This document shows positions 1 through 13,337 of a stretch of 64,000 nt of DNA, piece by piece. This stretch comes from Eledone cirrhosa (Eukaryota). The position numbers and the translations under genes are program-made. Positions within the stretch are counted from its first letter, which is position 1, and each line of letters starts with the position of its first letter. The DNA lies in the NCBI GenBank assembly GCA_964016885.1, contig OZ024745.1, forward strand, positions 95,542,001 to 95,606,000, in the 5' to 3' direction. The notes under the pieces were generated by a model. It did not search any database. It saw only the letters and a list, made by a program, of their open reading frames with translations, and had not been told where the DNA came from.

Positions 1-18
1 GGTAACTCTATCTCGTGT

Positions 19-200
19 TTGGCAGTATCAGTAGAGGGTCGGACGCCATGCTTTGACGCAAAGAGTTACGTCCCTTTCCATTCTGAGTTCAAATCCCGCC
101 GAGGTTAACTTTGCCTTTCATCCTTACGGGGTCGATAAAATAAAGTACCAGTAATGTACTGGTTATTTGCTGGCCTTGTGCCAAAAGTAGAAACAATTAT
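19..200 (+). mobile_element. tRNA-derived SINE family A
   Basis: A-box-like tggcagtatcagtag, B box gagttcaaatcc, core gcctttcatccttacggggtcgataaaataaagtaccag and tail gtagaaacaattat. Confidence 0.85.
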
Positions 201-436
201 TTTTACACTCTTTCCTACGTTCCTCTACACACTATACGTCTCATTCTACATTCCCTTACATCTCTCTCATCACCACCTAATTCTGTTGCCCGGAGATTTA
301 CCCATCTGCATTGTTGAGGCTTCCAAAACGACCAATATTATTATTCCACAATGCTTCAAGCAAACTTCAACACTCTCTAATCCTAGTGAAAATTACTTTA
401 GTTCTATTTGTATGGCAAAAAGTTTTAAATTATAAT

Positions 437-636
437 GGTTTCTGATTTAGGCACAAGACCAACAATTTTGTGGGAGGAGAAAGTCAATTAAATCAACCCC
501 AGTGCATTACTAGTACTTTATTTTATTGACCCCATAAGGATGAAAGGCAAAGTTAACATCAATTGGGATTTGAACTGTGAACGTTAAGGACCATAACTCT
601 ATGCCCCGAATCATGTTGACCGACGCTCTATCAGTA
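437..636 (-). mobile_element. SINE family A, older long variant
   Basis: Degenerate reverse complement of 19-200 with an extra gggaggagaaagtcaattaaatc segment. Confidence 0.72.
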
Positions 637-1439
637 ATTCATGTAAGACTTAAGAGTGTTCTACAGTCATTAGATGTTGATACCAATAAACCATTTAAGG
701 ACATGATGAAGATGTAACTAGATGAAGTAAGATGAAAGATGGAGAAAAATGAGTTACCATTTTTGATCTGAGAATGTGTCTTTAATTCATGCAAGGAAAT
801 AAAATCTGATAGTATTAATCAAATTATTCAAGAAATGTGGAATTTGTAATATATTGGAAGATGCTTAAGATAAATATCTGTGGAATGCTGATGATGATAT
901 TGAAGCAGCAGCTGATGATATGCAGACTATAATTACAAACAGTACTAATGAAAAGGATTCATCCTGATGATTAATATAATGGTTTATTCAGTACTAAAGA
1001 TGGTAAACAGCCTAATTTTATAGTATTTTAATTAACTTTTGTGTTTGAAATATTTAAGATTTACTAATTAATTGTAATTTAAATAAACATATCATTCTGT
1101 TCAGCATGTATGAATAAAACTTATGAATTCATTTTCATTGACAGTATTTATCATGGCACCAGCACCAGAGAGTTTGTCACTTGATTGTCCAAACTAAGGC
1201 GTCTACTACGACTCTATAGTGTCTTTGTTTCAACACCAGGCACTGTAGGTCTCTTGAAATAGTATTTAGAATTATTTTTGTTGTTTTTGAGTAGCCTTGG
1301 CTCAGCTCTAACAATACAGAACTATAGGTAGTGTGCCAGTCAACTAGCTGCTCTATTCACATGTACCAATATGTCTGATTACTTTCACTGTCAACCTATA
1401 TAGTGTATCCATTGTACACATTGAGTACATTGTTCGAAG

Positions 1440-1790
1440 CTTCTATCAACTTCTATTCTCCACACTGAGCATGTGTATTTCTCTGATGACAACAAGGTCC
1501 TGTCTTCTTTCTTACTTACTTACACTTTAGCATTTGCTATGTTTATCTTGAGGCCTTTTGATTATAAATTTTGCTTTCATGTTTGGAAGTTCTCTAATTC
1601 TTCTATAGATTCTACTATAAGGTTTAGATCATCAGCATACAGGAGTCCTAATGAACACCCAGTCTTAAACACCTCTAGTCTGACCTTGGAGGTCTATGAT
1701 AAACAGGAGGTGGATGAGAACCGAACCCTAATGGACTCCTGCCTGCATACAAAGTTCAATTCATTTTTGTAGTTATTGCTGGCAGTCCTC
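1440..1790 (-). mobile_element. Degenerate RTE RT fragment
   Basis: The reverse complement gives GSVL..LLFII, FKTGC and LLYADDL (ctcctgtatgctgatgatcta). Confidence 0.7.
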
Positions 1791-3439
1791 TTCCATTAAA
1801 TACAGACACACAATAATATATAATAAAGAATTGAAACCAGTTTACAGATTTGACTGTCAGTCAGCTTACCTCTTGCTTTATAGCACTTGTCTGGTAGAGA
1901 TAAAATAACAATAATTAAAAGAAAAGGCTAACAAAGATGCCAAGGGTTAGTAATGTTATAAATACTAGTTGTAAAACCCAATTTGAAGATGAATATCAAT
2001 CAAAGCATCAGCTGTGGCAGCCAAAAAGCTAACAATAGCAATAACCAAGAAGATAAATGATTTATAGCTGTTAACATATCAAATTATCAGAACCAATTTG
2101 TCTTTCAGGACAAAACAAAAGGGAAATGAAATCATAGCAAGAAAAATTACATTTAAATAATTAACTAATCCTCATTAAGAGTATTGGAATAAGGAGCAAA
2201 TTAGTTGGAATAACAACAATAGAAGGCATGTTAACATGATGCCAAATTGCTAAAGCTTTTAATGTCATGAAATACCACTGCTAACTAGTATCTTAGAGTA
2301 TTTTTTTTTTTATTTCTATGTAGATAGATACATTTCTTATTCTTGTTATGGAATCTGTTAATCATGTTAACTTTGGTTCTTAAGTAAAGCAATTATTCAG
2401 TAAGCTGCTACATATTAAATTCAGTGTTAAACTAAAAGTTTGAGAATGTGTAAACCTTCAGGGACTAGTTCACAATATTTGCCTCAGACAATGTATGTCC
2501 AGTTTGAGAAATAGCTGAAATGCTATAAAATTGTAGGAAGATGGAATATAAAATAAAAACAAAAATATTCTTTTACAATAAAGTCTTTTTACCAAGTGCA
2601 TGTTGTACTAATAATTTCAGTTATTATTTCAAATCTTATTGTAGCCTCCATGTGGGACCCCTAAGCAAACCATATACTTCAGCTTTTCCTTCATAGTATC
2701 TGGAGGAGGAGGAGGAGCAAGAAAATGATTACCATGGGTATAACAATTCTGATTTTCATTTATCAGATTATCTGGACATAGTTGACATTGAGATAGAAGA
2801 TAAACCAACACATTTCTGCTCTATCTCTTTTCAATCCTTCTTTCTGAATAACACACGCACTAAGACTAGAGATGAATGTAGTTGAGTAATTGGTTTTCTT
2901 ATGGGATTGCTTACATCTTTCATTTTAATGCCAATCTTACCCTATTTACACTTTCTATCCCCGAAGAGCCACAGACCTGTAATGATTGAGCAAAATTGAA
3001 TTTTACTATCTCAGATAGTGTATTTTATAATGATATTTATATAGAACTGGATTCTAGTTCCCAACATAACTTTAACCATTGTTTTCTGTCTTTGCCTCAG
3101 GTTTTCTGACAAATGAAAAAAATTCTAATAAAACTTCACCAATGAATCCTTAATACAACAAATATTTAAATGTAAATCACAATTTCTACTATAAAAACAA
3201 CTGATAGAAGTAATCCTACAGTAAATACATTTGTTCCACATCATATGAAAACAGATGTAAAATAGACAACAGAGATTAAGAAACCACATAAGTATTGATT
3301 ACTTAATTCCTACTTAAACCAAACTTAAACTTAATAGTTCCTCAAACAAAGTGTAGATATTTGAAGTGTGGATATCTGAAATCTGTTAACAATAAGTTTA
3401 TGGCTAACTACTTTTTAATGAAGATAAAGTTTCATGCAC

Positions 3440-3700
3440 ATAGTGTAGGTATCACAACAAAAAGTACCCAGCCCACACTGTAAAGTGGTCGTGTAGGTGT
3501 CACGACAAAAAGCACCCAGCTCACACTGTAAAGTGGTCGTAAATATGGAAGGGCATCCAACTGCAGAAATCTAGCCAGAAACAGTTCCATATGAGCAAGA
3601 CACGGTCACCTGACCCAACTTGCCTCAAATGGAACAACCTGTCTAACCCATGTTAGTGTGGAAAATGAACATTAAATGATGATGATGATGATGATAGTGA
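3440..3700 (+). mobile_element. RTE family B 3'-UTR fragment
   Basis: Two ~48-bp units, gaagggcatccaactg, aacccatgttagtgtggaaaa and (gat)n. Confidence 0.75.
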
Positions 3701-4261
3701 GGAGATGAAAGAACTTGCCTCAACCAGCAAGGAAAATAGATGATAAATAACTTGCTGATTAATTTACCTCAATACCAACTCACTAAAAGCAGCTTTGGTT
3801 TTATGATATACAACTGTTAATTTTAACATGTTCATATTTATACTAAAACCTTCAAGCATAATTTTATTTCAGAAATCCTTTGTTAAACGATATTTCAAAT
3901 ATCAGCTTAATAAGGAATAAGTGAGCTATTTTATTAAGTTTCTCAATACTTTTTATATTTTCAAAATTAATCAAAACAGACAGAGAGTATTTTACTAGAA
4001 ATAGAGTAAGGAAAGGTCTAGCTGTAATTATTGCAGAGAACCAGGATCACTAATCAGTTGTTAAAATATGAAGAGCCAGAGTCAAAGGACATTGAAGAAC
4101 AAACTAATTCAAACATTTTTCAAACTGAAAGCTAATTATTGAAATTTGTTTTGTAGATGTGGCAAGTATGTCTGTTTCTTTACAAAATGAAAAAAACAAA
4201 CAAGCAAAAAAAAAAAAAAAAAAAACATTAGAACTTGTAATGCCTCTGAACTAATTTAGAT

Positions 4262-4475
4262 TTCTATATTAAATGTTTGGCCAGAATTCTCTCACCTCTT
4301 TCTGTTCAAACCAGCTGTAACCAGCCGCTCATACTGATGTTAAGATATTGTTCTCAAAATAAATACTATCAAAATCTCATAGATTCGATATTATGTGAGA
4401 TAATTATGTAAGATAACGCCTTTACCATGAAAATACAATAGTAAATATAGAGTAATGTAAATACTAAAGGGTTAA
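4262..4475 (+). mobile_element. piggyBac-like MITE (family 1), 5' end degenerate
   Basis: Body plus the 3' TIR taaatactaaagggttaa. Confidence 0.75.
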
Positions 4476-4731
4476 ACAATATAGCTCTCACTATTAGCAT
4501 CACTTTGAGACCTGACAAGCTAACTATATATACATTTGTAACTTCGTATAAGCAGCCAAAATAAACCTAAATTTTCGCCAAAATATATATACAGCAATAA
4601 AATAATGCTAGAAAACATAAAAGGCAAGTTAAAAACTCAATATTTAATGATGATGTTTAGATATTTTGGTTTGAATAATTTTCCAATTTTCTAAATTGTT
4701 ATCATTATAATTACAATTATAATTAATAAGA

Positions 4732-4920
4732 GGGCGGTGGATTGGCAGTATCGGTAGAGGGTCGGACGCTATGCTTTGCAGCAAAGAGTTACAGCCCTTT
4801 ATGATCTGAGTTCAAATCCCGCCAAGGATAACTTTGCCTTTCACCCTTACAGGGTCGATAAAATAAAGTACCAGTAATACACTGGATAATTGCTGGCCTT
4901 GTGCCAAAAGTAGAAACAAT
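4732..4920 (+). mobile_element. SINE family A with TSD
   Basis: Full copy flanked by the direct repeat acaattataattaataag. Confidence 0.88.
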
Positions 4921-5486
4921 TATAATTAATAAGCAAATCTATTTCAGATGTATTCAAAAATGCTTTTGATGTCATTTCTTTTTTTTTTTTAAATAAAGTG
5001 TACTATAAATAGAAACTCTCATAAATACTAACCAAACATTTTCAAAACAAACTAAATAAATCTAGAAATGCAGTTGAAACACAGAGTATTAAAAATAAAT
5101 ATATAATCTAGTAGCAAAACAAAGTTTTCAGCCATGAAAGACTCTATTTCAGTGTATAGATGGAAATTAATAAAACCAGTGTTTAAAAAATGGTGCAGCA
5201 TTTGTAATTTTAAGTGAGCAGGTATGATTTGAAAGTGAAATAAGTGATTCCTTGAGTGAGCACATTTCACTAAAATAAAATTGGTCTTTACAGAATTCCG
5301 TGCTATTGTACATATGGTACAGTTTAGAAACTTCCTTTGCCATTCAGCTTAACATTTTCAAGGTCAGGAATATATGTATATATTTGATAATGAATTTCTT
5401 TGCTTTGAAAACAACATTTTCATTGAAGATGTTCATAATTGTTGTTTGAAAAATCTGCCAGTACATTTTCCTGAGTTTAATCCCAT

Positions 5487-5701
5487 TAACCCTATAGCAT
5501 TTAAACCGGCCATATCTGGCCTGAGTTCTTTCACCTCTTTCTGTTCAAACCAGCCATAACTAGCTGCTCATACTAACATTAAGGTATTGTTCTAAAAATA
5601 AATAATATCAAAATTTCATAGATTCAATATTATGTGAAATAAAGCCTTTACCATGAAAATACAATAGTATATATAGAGTAATGTAAATGATAAAGGGTTA
5701 A
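5487..5701 (+). mobile_element. piggyBac-like MITE (family 1)
   Basis: ttaaccctatagcattta...taaatgataaagggttaa. Confidence 0.82.
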
Positions 5702-6007
5702 AGGAATGTTTTTCATGTATAAAATATACACTAAAACTGGAACGTGTTCTACCAGACATTCATGCTGTAGTAGTAAACAATTCTGCATGTTTTACAAAAG
5801 TCACACATTCAGATGTAAATTACCACTGGATACCATTGCCAAACTTACCACCCCCAAAAATTGGATGTTATGTATAATGAGTTTTTGCCTTGCTGCTTGC
5901 TTGCTGAAGACATGATTACCTAGGCAAGTTTGCAGAAATTTTGATGTTAAATTTTCTAGTAAATAAATACTTCTGTGTTTATCACACTTCAAAATTGCTA
6001 AGTTTCA

Positions 6008-6135
6008 TTTTGAAATCATTAATCTCACTTAGAAGTGGGAAAGTCACTTTGAAATCATTAAGCTAACTTAGAAATGGGAAAGTCACTTTGAAATCATTAA
6101 TCTCATTTTGAAGTGGCAAAATCTCACTTTGAAGT
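6008..6135 (+). repeat. 39-bp tandem repeat, about 3 copies
   Basis: tgaaatcatta at 6011, 6050 and 6089. Confidence 0.85.
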
Positions 6136-6725
6136 AAAGTCTGTACTGAATTTGAAGTAAAATTACAGGAGTAAACTAAAGGTATAGCAGAATCCTTGCT
6201 AATCTGAAAGTAACTGTAATCCTAAACTTATTAATAAGAACTAACTGAATAGACATCTAAAATCCAGAGGAGCAGAAGATAACAAAATAACAGGATTTAA
6301 ACATTCACTTCCTTTTGTCAGTTGCCATCAAGAATTCTGGTGACTTTGGTCTCTGGATTGAGATTTTCCTCTGCAAAATTAGGAGGAGTGCATCTCACTT
6401 GAGAAAAGAACCACACAATGTGGAATGGTCGAGGCAGCAGGTGTCACTGATTAATCTCTGTAGCAATACTTTCACCATCTTATCAGTGGAGTGCAACTAT
6501 GATCTACTGCCAAACGAAGAGTTTGGCAGTAGATCCTCATTTAAAAAAAAAATTTTTTCTTACCCCTTTTTTTCTTTTTCTCTCTTCTTGTTTATCATTA
6601 ACACTTTTTTTAGGAAATTTAACTATTAATAAATTTTTACACTCAAATAGAAACAATATTTAGTAAACTCTATTATCAAGTTAACTGACTTTATATAAAT
6701 GAACAAGAGTAAATATATTGTTACT

Positions 6726-6898
6726 TTAACCCAGAATTCTCTCACCTCTTTCTATTTAAACCAGCCATAACCAGCAGCTTATACTTGTATTGTTCTCAAA
6801 ATAAATAATATCTTGTAGATTTGATATTATGTGAGATAAAGTGTTTACCATGAAAATATAATAGTAAATATAGAGTGATGTAAATGCTAAAGGGTTAA
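6726..6898 (+). mobile_element. piggyBac-like MITE (family 1), internally deleted
   Basis: ttaaccc joined directly to agaattctctcacc...; intact 3' TIR. Confidence 0.78.
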
Positions 6899-6988
6899 AC
6901 TTCCTCATTTCTTATTCATTGGTGTCAGCAGTAGATACATTTACAAGATGTCCTGCAACCTTTTATATTCAGATGATTTCTTCAGGCT

Positions 6989-6989
<1 letters not shown>

Positions 6990-7027
<38 letters not shown>

Positions 7028-7165
7028 GTTTAACGTCTATCTTCCACACTAGCATGGGTTTAGACAGGAATTGTCCCACGTGAGGCAAGATTGGTTGTCT
7101 TGCTCATGTCTGGCGGGTTTTCTACGGCTGGATGCCCTTCCTAACACCAACCACGTTTACAGTGA
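6990..7165 (-). mobile_element. RTE family B 3'-end fragment
   Basis: (cat)n followed by ccacactagcatggg...ctacggctggatgcccttcctaacacc. Confidence 0.75.
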
Positions 7166-7688
7166 TGTATTGTGTTAGAATTATATGAACCTGGAAGAAC
7201 TTATCCTTTTTCAGTCTAATAAAATTCAGGTTAACCTGATGAGGAGTGTTCCAGTTGTTTGATCAATAGAGCTATCTGTTCATGGTAAATGTCTGAATAT
7301 CTTAATTCAAACTGGGTTCAACTGACATGGTCAAATAAATAGATAACTATTCTTTTTTAATTCAAAACCTTCTAAAGTTTTCTTTCTTTTTATCCTTACA
7401 GGGTCGATAAAATAAAATACCAGTCCAGTATTTGGGTAGATTCAAAATCTGTAACCAAGTGCCTATGTTAAAATTACCATTTAGTAGTGATAGTGGCACT
7501 CAGTGGCATTCTTTTATACTCCGAGTCCAAATTCTGTTTTTCTTCCATTCATAGGTCAATAAATTAAGAACAAGTACTGCACTAGAGTTTACTCAATTGA
7601 TGACAACCCTCTCAAGTATACAAACATTGTAATTATGTATATAAAAATATATAACACAGACTGGAATTTGTCAATTGGGTCAACTTAC

Positions 7689-7737
7689 CTCTAAAGTCAG
7701 CTTGCCATCCGGGCAATCTTTCATAAAACCTTTATAC
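7689..7737 (-). CDS. Internal coding exon of a neuronal calcium sensor (NCS-1/frequenin/aplycalcin-like EF-hand protein)
   Basis: Minus strand reads ttttttttttttcag|GTATAAAGGTTTTATGAAAGATTGCCCGGATGGCAAGCTGACTTTAGAG|gtaagt: strong polypyrimidine acceptor and consensus donor. Translation (W)YKGFMKDCPDGKLTLE matches the NCS-family WYKGFxKDCPxG motif and, from memory, Aplysia aplycalcin KDCPDGKLTLE. No other exons were found in the window. Confidence 0.88.
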
Positions 7738-7820
7738 CTGAAAAAAAAAAAATGAAAACGTATGAACTAGCATATATATGGAGATAGTTCAATTAACACA
7801 CAGACACATTATATATATAG

Positions 7821-9511
7821 GGACCAGCTATTGAGATTGACGAATATAGGGTCCAAGAAGCGATTAACAAAATGAAAAATGGTAAGGCTGCTGGACCATC
7901 GGGGATAGTTGCTGAGATGCTGAAGGCATCAGGGGACGTAGGCACTAAACTGGTTGCACGCATCATCAATCAGGCTATATATGGTGGTGTCATACCCAAA
8001 GACTGGTGCAGCAGTATTCTCATAAATTTCTACAAAGGTAAAGGGGATGCTCTGGAGAGGAGCAATTATAGGGGTATAAAACTGATGGATCAGGTTATGA
8101 AAGTGGCAGAAAGGATATTAGCACAACTAATTAGAGAAAGGGTCAAACTAGATGAAATGCAGTTTGGTTTTGTGCCTGGGAAGAGTACAACAGATGCCCT
8201 CTTCTTGGTGAGACAATTACAAGAGAGGTTCTTAGAGAAAAATAAGCCACTATACTTAACCTTTGTTGACCTAGAGAAGGCCTTTGATAGGGTACCCCGA
8301 TCTGTCATCTGGTGGTCCCTAAGAAAACTAGGTGTTATGGCTTGTGAGGACAGTGCAAACTTTGTACAGAGGTACTGTCAGTAAAGTGAGGGTAGGAATG
8401 GAGTTTAGTGAGGAATTCCAGATACAAGTAGAAGTACATCAAGATTCAGTCCTCAGCCCGCTCTTGTTCATTATAGTCCTCCAAGCCATAACAGAGGACT
8501 GGCTGTCCATGGGAACTTCTCTATGCTGACGATCTGGTTCTTATAGCAGAATCAGTAGAGGAGCTAGAGAATAAATTCTGACTAAGAAACAGCAGTTGGA
8601 AGCAAGAGGACTGAGAGTGAACTTAGCTAAGACAAAAGTGTTGATGAGTAGAAAAGAGGACAAAACTCTGATTCCGTCAGGGAAATGTCCATGTTCGATA
8701 TGCAGAAAAGGAACTGGCATAAATTCTATAAAATGCACACAATGCAGATCGTGGGTACACAAGAGATGTAGCGGGATAGCAGGCAAACTAACAGGTAGGG
8801 AGAAATACGTATATAGTAGATGTACAGGGAAATTAGACAGTAGAAGTCGCATTGATAGACACATTTTTCAAATGCAGGCGGGTGCTATAGAAGCGGTGGA
8901 TAGCTTCCAGTACCTAGGAGATCAGATTAGCATGGGAGGGGGGGGGGGGGTTGCGAGGCCATAGTATCTAGAATAAGGATGGGTTGGAAGAAGTTTAGGG
9001 AGCTGCTTCCTCTGCTGATGAAGGGTTTCTCCCTGCATATGAAAGGCCAGTTATATCATGCCTGTGTGAGGAGCGCGATGCTGCATGGTAGTGAGGCATG
9101 GGCAGCAACTGCAGAAGATATGCGACGGCTGGAGAGAAATGAGGCAAGTATGCTCCGTTGGATGTGCAATGTCAATGTGCATGAACGACCCAGCATGAAT
9201 GTGTTGAGAGAGAAACTGTGTCTGAGAGGGATAGAATGTAGTGTGCGAGAGAGGAGACTGAGGTGGTATGGACATGTGATGCGCATGGAGGATCACCGAT
9301 GGGTGAACAAGTGCCAGGACATGCCAGTTGAAGGAAGACGTGGCAGAGGTAGACCACAAAAAACATGGGCGGATGTGGTGAGAACAGACCTCAGATCACT
9401 GAAGCTCATGGTGGAGATGACGAAGGACCGTGACAAGTGGAGAGATGCTGTGCTGAATAAGACCTGTCTCACCCTTGCAAGCAGGGAGAAGCGGACATAA
9501 AAGGATGATGA

Positions 9512-9514
<3 letters not shown>
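7821..9514 (+). mobile_element. 5'-truncated RTE-clade LINE (family A), RT with embedded PHD-like finger
   Basis: MKNGKAAGPSG, NYRGIKL, QFGF, FVDLEKAFDRVP, VLSPLLF, YADD (8522-8533), MLHGSEAW, RRLRWYGHV, RGRPQKTW. 3' end cccttgcaagcaggg...(gat)n. Contains frameshifts and is flanked by (TA)n. Confidence 0.93.
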
Positions 9515-9578
<64 letters not shown>

Positions 9579-11729
9579 TATATACAGCTCAACTTCATTA
9601 AGTGTTTGCAACAAATATATATATAAATGAAAAATAATAAGCACCAAGTTTCAATACATGAATAAATTCTTTGATTTACACATGTTTCATTCAAATACAA
9701 AAGGAGGTAGAATTTAATTGTATCATCTACTCATATAATCTATCTTATATCTATATGTGTGTGTGTGTTGCAAAAACTTAATGAATAAGAACTAAATGCA
9801 TAAACTTGTGAGTAAGTCTTTAAAGATAGTTTCTATGTTGCATTAAACGTATTTGCTTCAGTAGATTCTATGTAGGGACGTATTAGAAGAATACAATTCC
9901 TAATAAACACTTGTAAATAGAAATATTTAAAAAATACAAAGTAAATATTTAATATTTTTAATCATGAAGATTATGTTATATACCAAAATCCTACACAGTC
10001 TGTTTTCTGGAAATGTTTTATATTTAAATTAAATGTACACTAATTTTTATACATGAATTATTATTCATTGAATAAAGAATGCACTGCAAATATTCTGAAG
10101 CATTTGATAAATGAACATAAACCAAACAATATAGAGACAACTCTATAGGATGTGTATAGTCTTTACTGCAACAGATAATAGACTATAACCATGTCAAAAT
10201 CTTATATAAATGATGTCAGCATTGGAATAAAGGAATCAAAATAAAATATTGACAATGAATATTTGAAACCAGAATTTAGGAAATCAATAAATATTGAATA
10301 CAAATAAATGCTAATCATTAGAATTTAAATTAATTTAACTAGACTGCTACTTAACTCCAGTAGTTTTGAAGAAATATAAAAATTCAACTTCTAAATCATC
10401 AATGACTCAGGAATATATTTAAGAAATTAACAAAAGAAAAACTGAAAACAATAACATTCTACAGACAAGAATGAAGGAAAATAGAAAGATTATTTTGAAA
10501 TTTATACTCCTAATGGATATTACTTCAGGAATAAACCAAACTATCTAAACTGTATTTTATATGCTCATTTTAATCAAAACATGAACAATTAAAATTCTTG
10601 CAGTAAGCTAAGTTATAAAACAGTCAAAGCCAACAGTAATTAAAGCCTGCAATAAACATAAAGGTATTTTTAGAAATAATCCAAAAGAAAGATGAAGAAA
10701 AAAAGTAATTTATAAAGACATTTTGTAATAGAAAAAGGTCATACAAAGAGTAAATAAATGTGCTCTTTGCAGAAATGTCAATAGGGAGATTTGATTAACG
10801 ACCAAGTAATCATAAACTATTAGTCTAGAATTTTTAGAAATAGCAATAATAGTAATAATAAAGATGGCAAAGTTAATAAAAGAGTAATAATTAATAAGAT
10901 ATTAAATGGTATTTTAAAGGAAATGTAAGAATAAATTAGTTATTTGACTGCTTTTAACCATTTCAATGGACCATAGTGAGACAGCATTGCAGATGTTTAC
11001 CATATTGAAAATATCAAACTTGTAGATAGATTTCATTTCATTGATATTTTTATATGTAAATATTGGTATGAAAGAACTAGAAATGTAATCATTTTCACAA
11101 AAAGAAAGGAAAATTGATATGGCTTCCTTTAAAATCAACTCCTTTTCATTGAAGGGACAATGGTATTGGGATAATGGTTCTGGATAACTGTTCTTATGGC
11201 TATTAATCAAAACCATACTAAATAGTCAAAGGTTACTTCCTGTTTAAAACACATTCCTGTTGTTTCAGTCTGCTTGGATAACTACAGGTTCCACCATTTC
11301 TTTATGTTTGGAAAAGTAGCATTGAAAAAAGACAACAAGAAATAAATTTCTTTTGGGGTTTAAAAGAAAGACCCTTTTCTATTACATACAAATGTTATAC
11401 TCTATTACTCATTTATCATAATTCTGATCCAACAATACAACTTCCCTGTTTTCCATGCATAAAATGTGTACACCATCATGATTATGAAATAAATGTATTT
11501 ATCTCTTTGATCTTCACTTGTTTCAATAAAACCAGCACCATTAAAAAAAATATGGCTAAGTTAGAGGAAAAGCAGATAATGGTGGAAGGAAAGAATAAAG
11601 TTATCCTTAGGTTAAGAAACAAGCATAAATTCTTACAACAAAATGGATTACTCAAATACACTTAAGGACCAGCAGGAGGTATGAAACTGAACAACAGATT
11701 GTGTCTACTCATCCTCAAACAAGAAGGAC

Positions 11730-11900
11730 TTCTCTGATGGGATTCCACAAAGTTTACATCTAACAAATTTCATCACAAAGCTTTCATAGACTTAAGGTAG
11801 AGGTAGCTGATACTGTCCCAAGGTCTTGTGTAGTTGGGTTAAATCCAAAACCACATAGTTGCAAAGTAAAGATTGTAATTACAAAACCATGCCTACACCC
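11730..11900 (-). mobile_element. Highly degenerate SINE of a third family
   Basis: Relic tRNA-like head and cccaagg core; a related 3' piece lies at ~46570-46700. Confidence 0.4.
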
Positions 11901-13337
11901 AATACTAGAGTTGACTTTAATTGATGATTACACTCTCTTGTATATATAAATTGGCATTGTTCCCAGCTAAAAGAAACTATGGTGAAGATAATACATGTTG
12001 ACACTTCTTGAGACAGCTGAGTGTGCAAGACTCTGGACTCCATTAATTTTGATTATGAATCAATCATTGGTATTTGAACATTGCATCTTTAGACAGGACA
12101 TTTCAATTTACTCAGCTGATCAGAACATTTGTCAGACTTCCTAAAAATGTGAACAAAGACTGATATATTCTCATTGAATGAGATATATATATCCCCATTC
12201 ATTCTTTATATTTTTCTTTGGATTAGCCTAGAGGAAGAGGTTGTTTCTATTGGCTTTGTAAAGCCTCACAAAATGGTAAACGCAATGCAGTTAACATTCT
12301 TGAATCTCAATATTATCCTTTCTCATGTACTTCTTGTGAATCTTGACTACAAGCAGTAGAAATAAGGTTCGTTGCTCCAAAGTTGTATCTAATATACATG
12401 AGATATAAAAAGGAAATATACCTTCTAAACCCCCCAGACTTAGAGCAGGAGTAAGAGAACTTACTCAGCTCTGGTTTCATGACATTAAACACATGAGAGA
12501 TAAATCCACCTCTAGATAGGATTCAGATCTACAGCAAGTAATATCCACAAATGATCTCATATGTACTCTTGCAAAGTGAATTGAGGTAATGAAAGATGAA
12601 GTGTTTTGTCAACAAATACATTGAAACAGCTGCAGTAAATCTGAACTAATGACATACCAAGAAATAGTTCAAAACCATATCCACTCAGTTGTATCTTGTC
12701 AGTATAATGTGTATGTGTGCCTGTTGTATGTTAAGGTATTATAATATATGTATCTAGAATACCAACTGGTATTAGATATTAATCAAAGATTTAACCCAAA
12801 GATATTAAGACAGCATCTTGATTTCCTAATAAATATCTCTTAATTTTACAGTTGGATCATTTAAAAATCAACAATCCATATGAACTTTAAACTCCTCGAA
12901 GAAATAATGAAATATCACTCACTTTGAAAGCAGGTGCAATTAATTGCATTTGCAGGCATACATTAATCATTATACACTTTACAGTATGGCAGTCCCTTGA
13001 GTGTTATTTAAGTAACATAATCAATCTTTACAGGAGAAATCAATTAGAATATAATGTCAAGATTTTGAAAATGAGGCTGAAGAAAGCTCGGGGAAATATT
13101 TGTATGATAGATGAGAAGGAGGATTCATATACACAAAATAGCAAGTGTAAAATAAATGTGTTAAAAGTGTGATATAGTAAAATTGGAAAATTTAGTAAGT
13201 CTTAAGGGTAACGATGTTCAGATGAAGTATGTATTTGGAGTGTAATGTGAATTTAAAAGAGATGTGAGACTGAGGCTGATTGAAGTGAATAAAAGAAATA
13301 GAAATTAATAAAAAAAAAAATTAAGTGTATATGATGC

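Noticed and set aside
10914-11216. 100-aa minus-strand ORF
   Set aside because: No recognisable motif; AT-rich composition consistent with chance.
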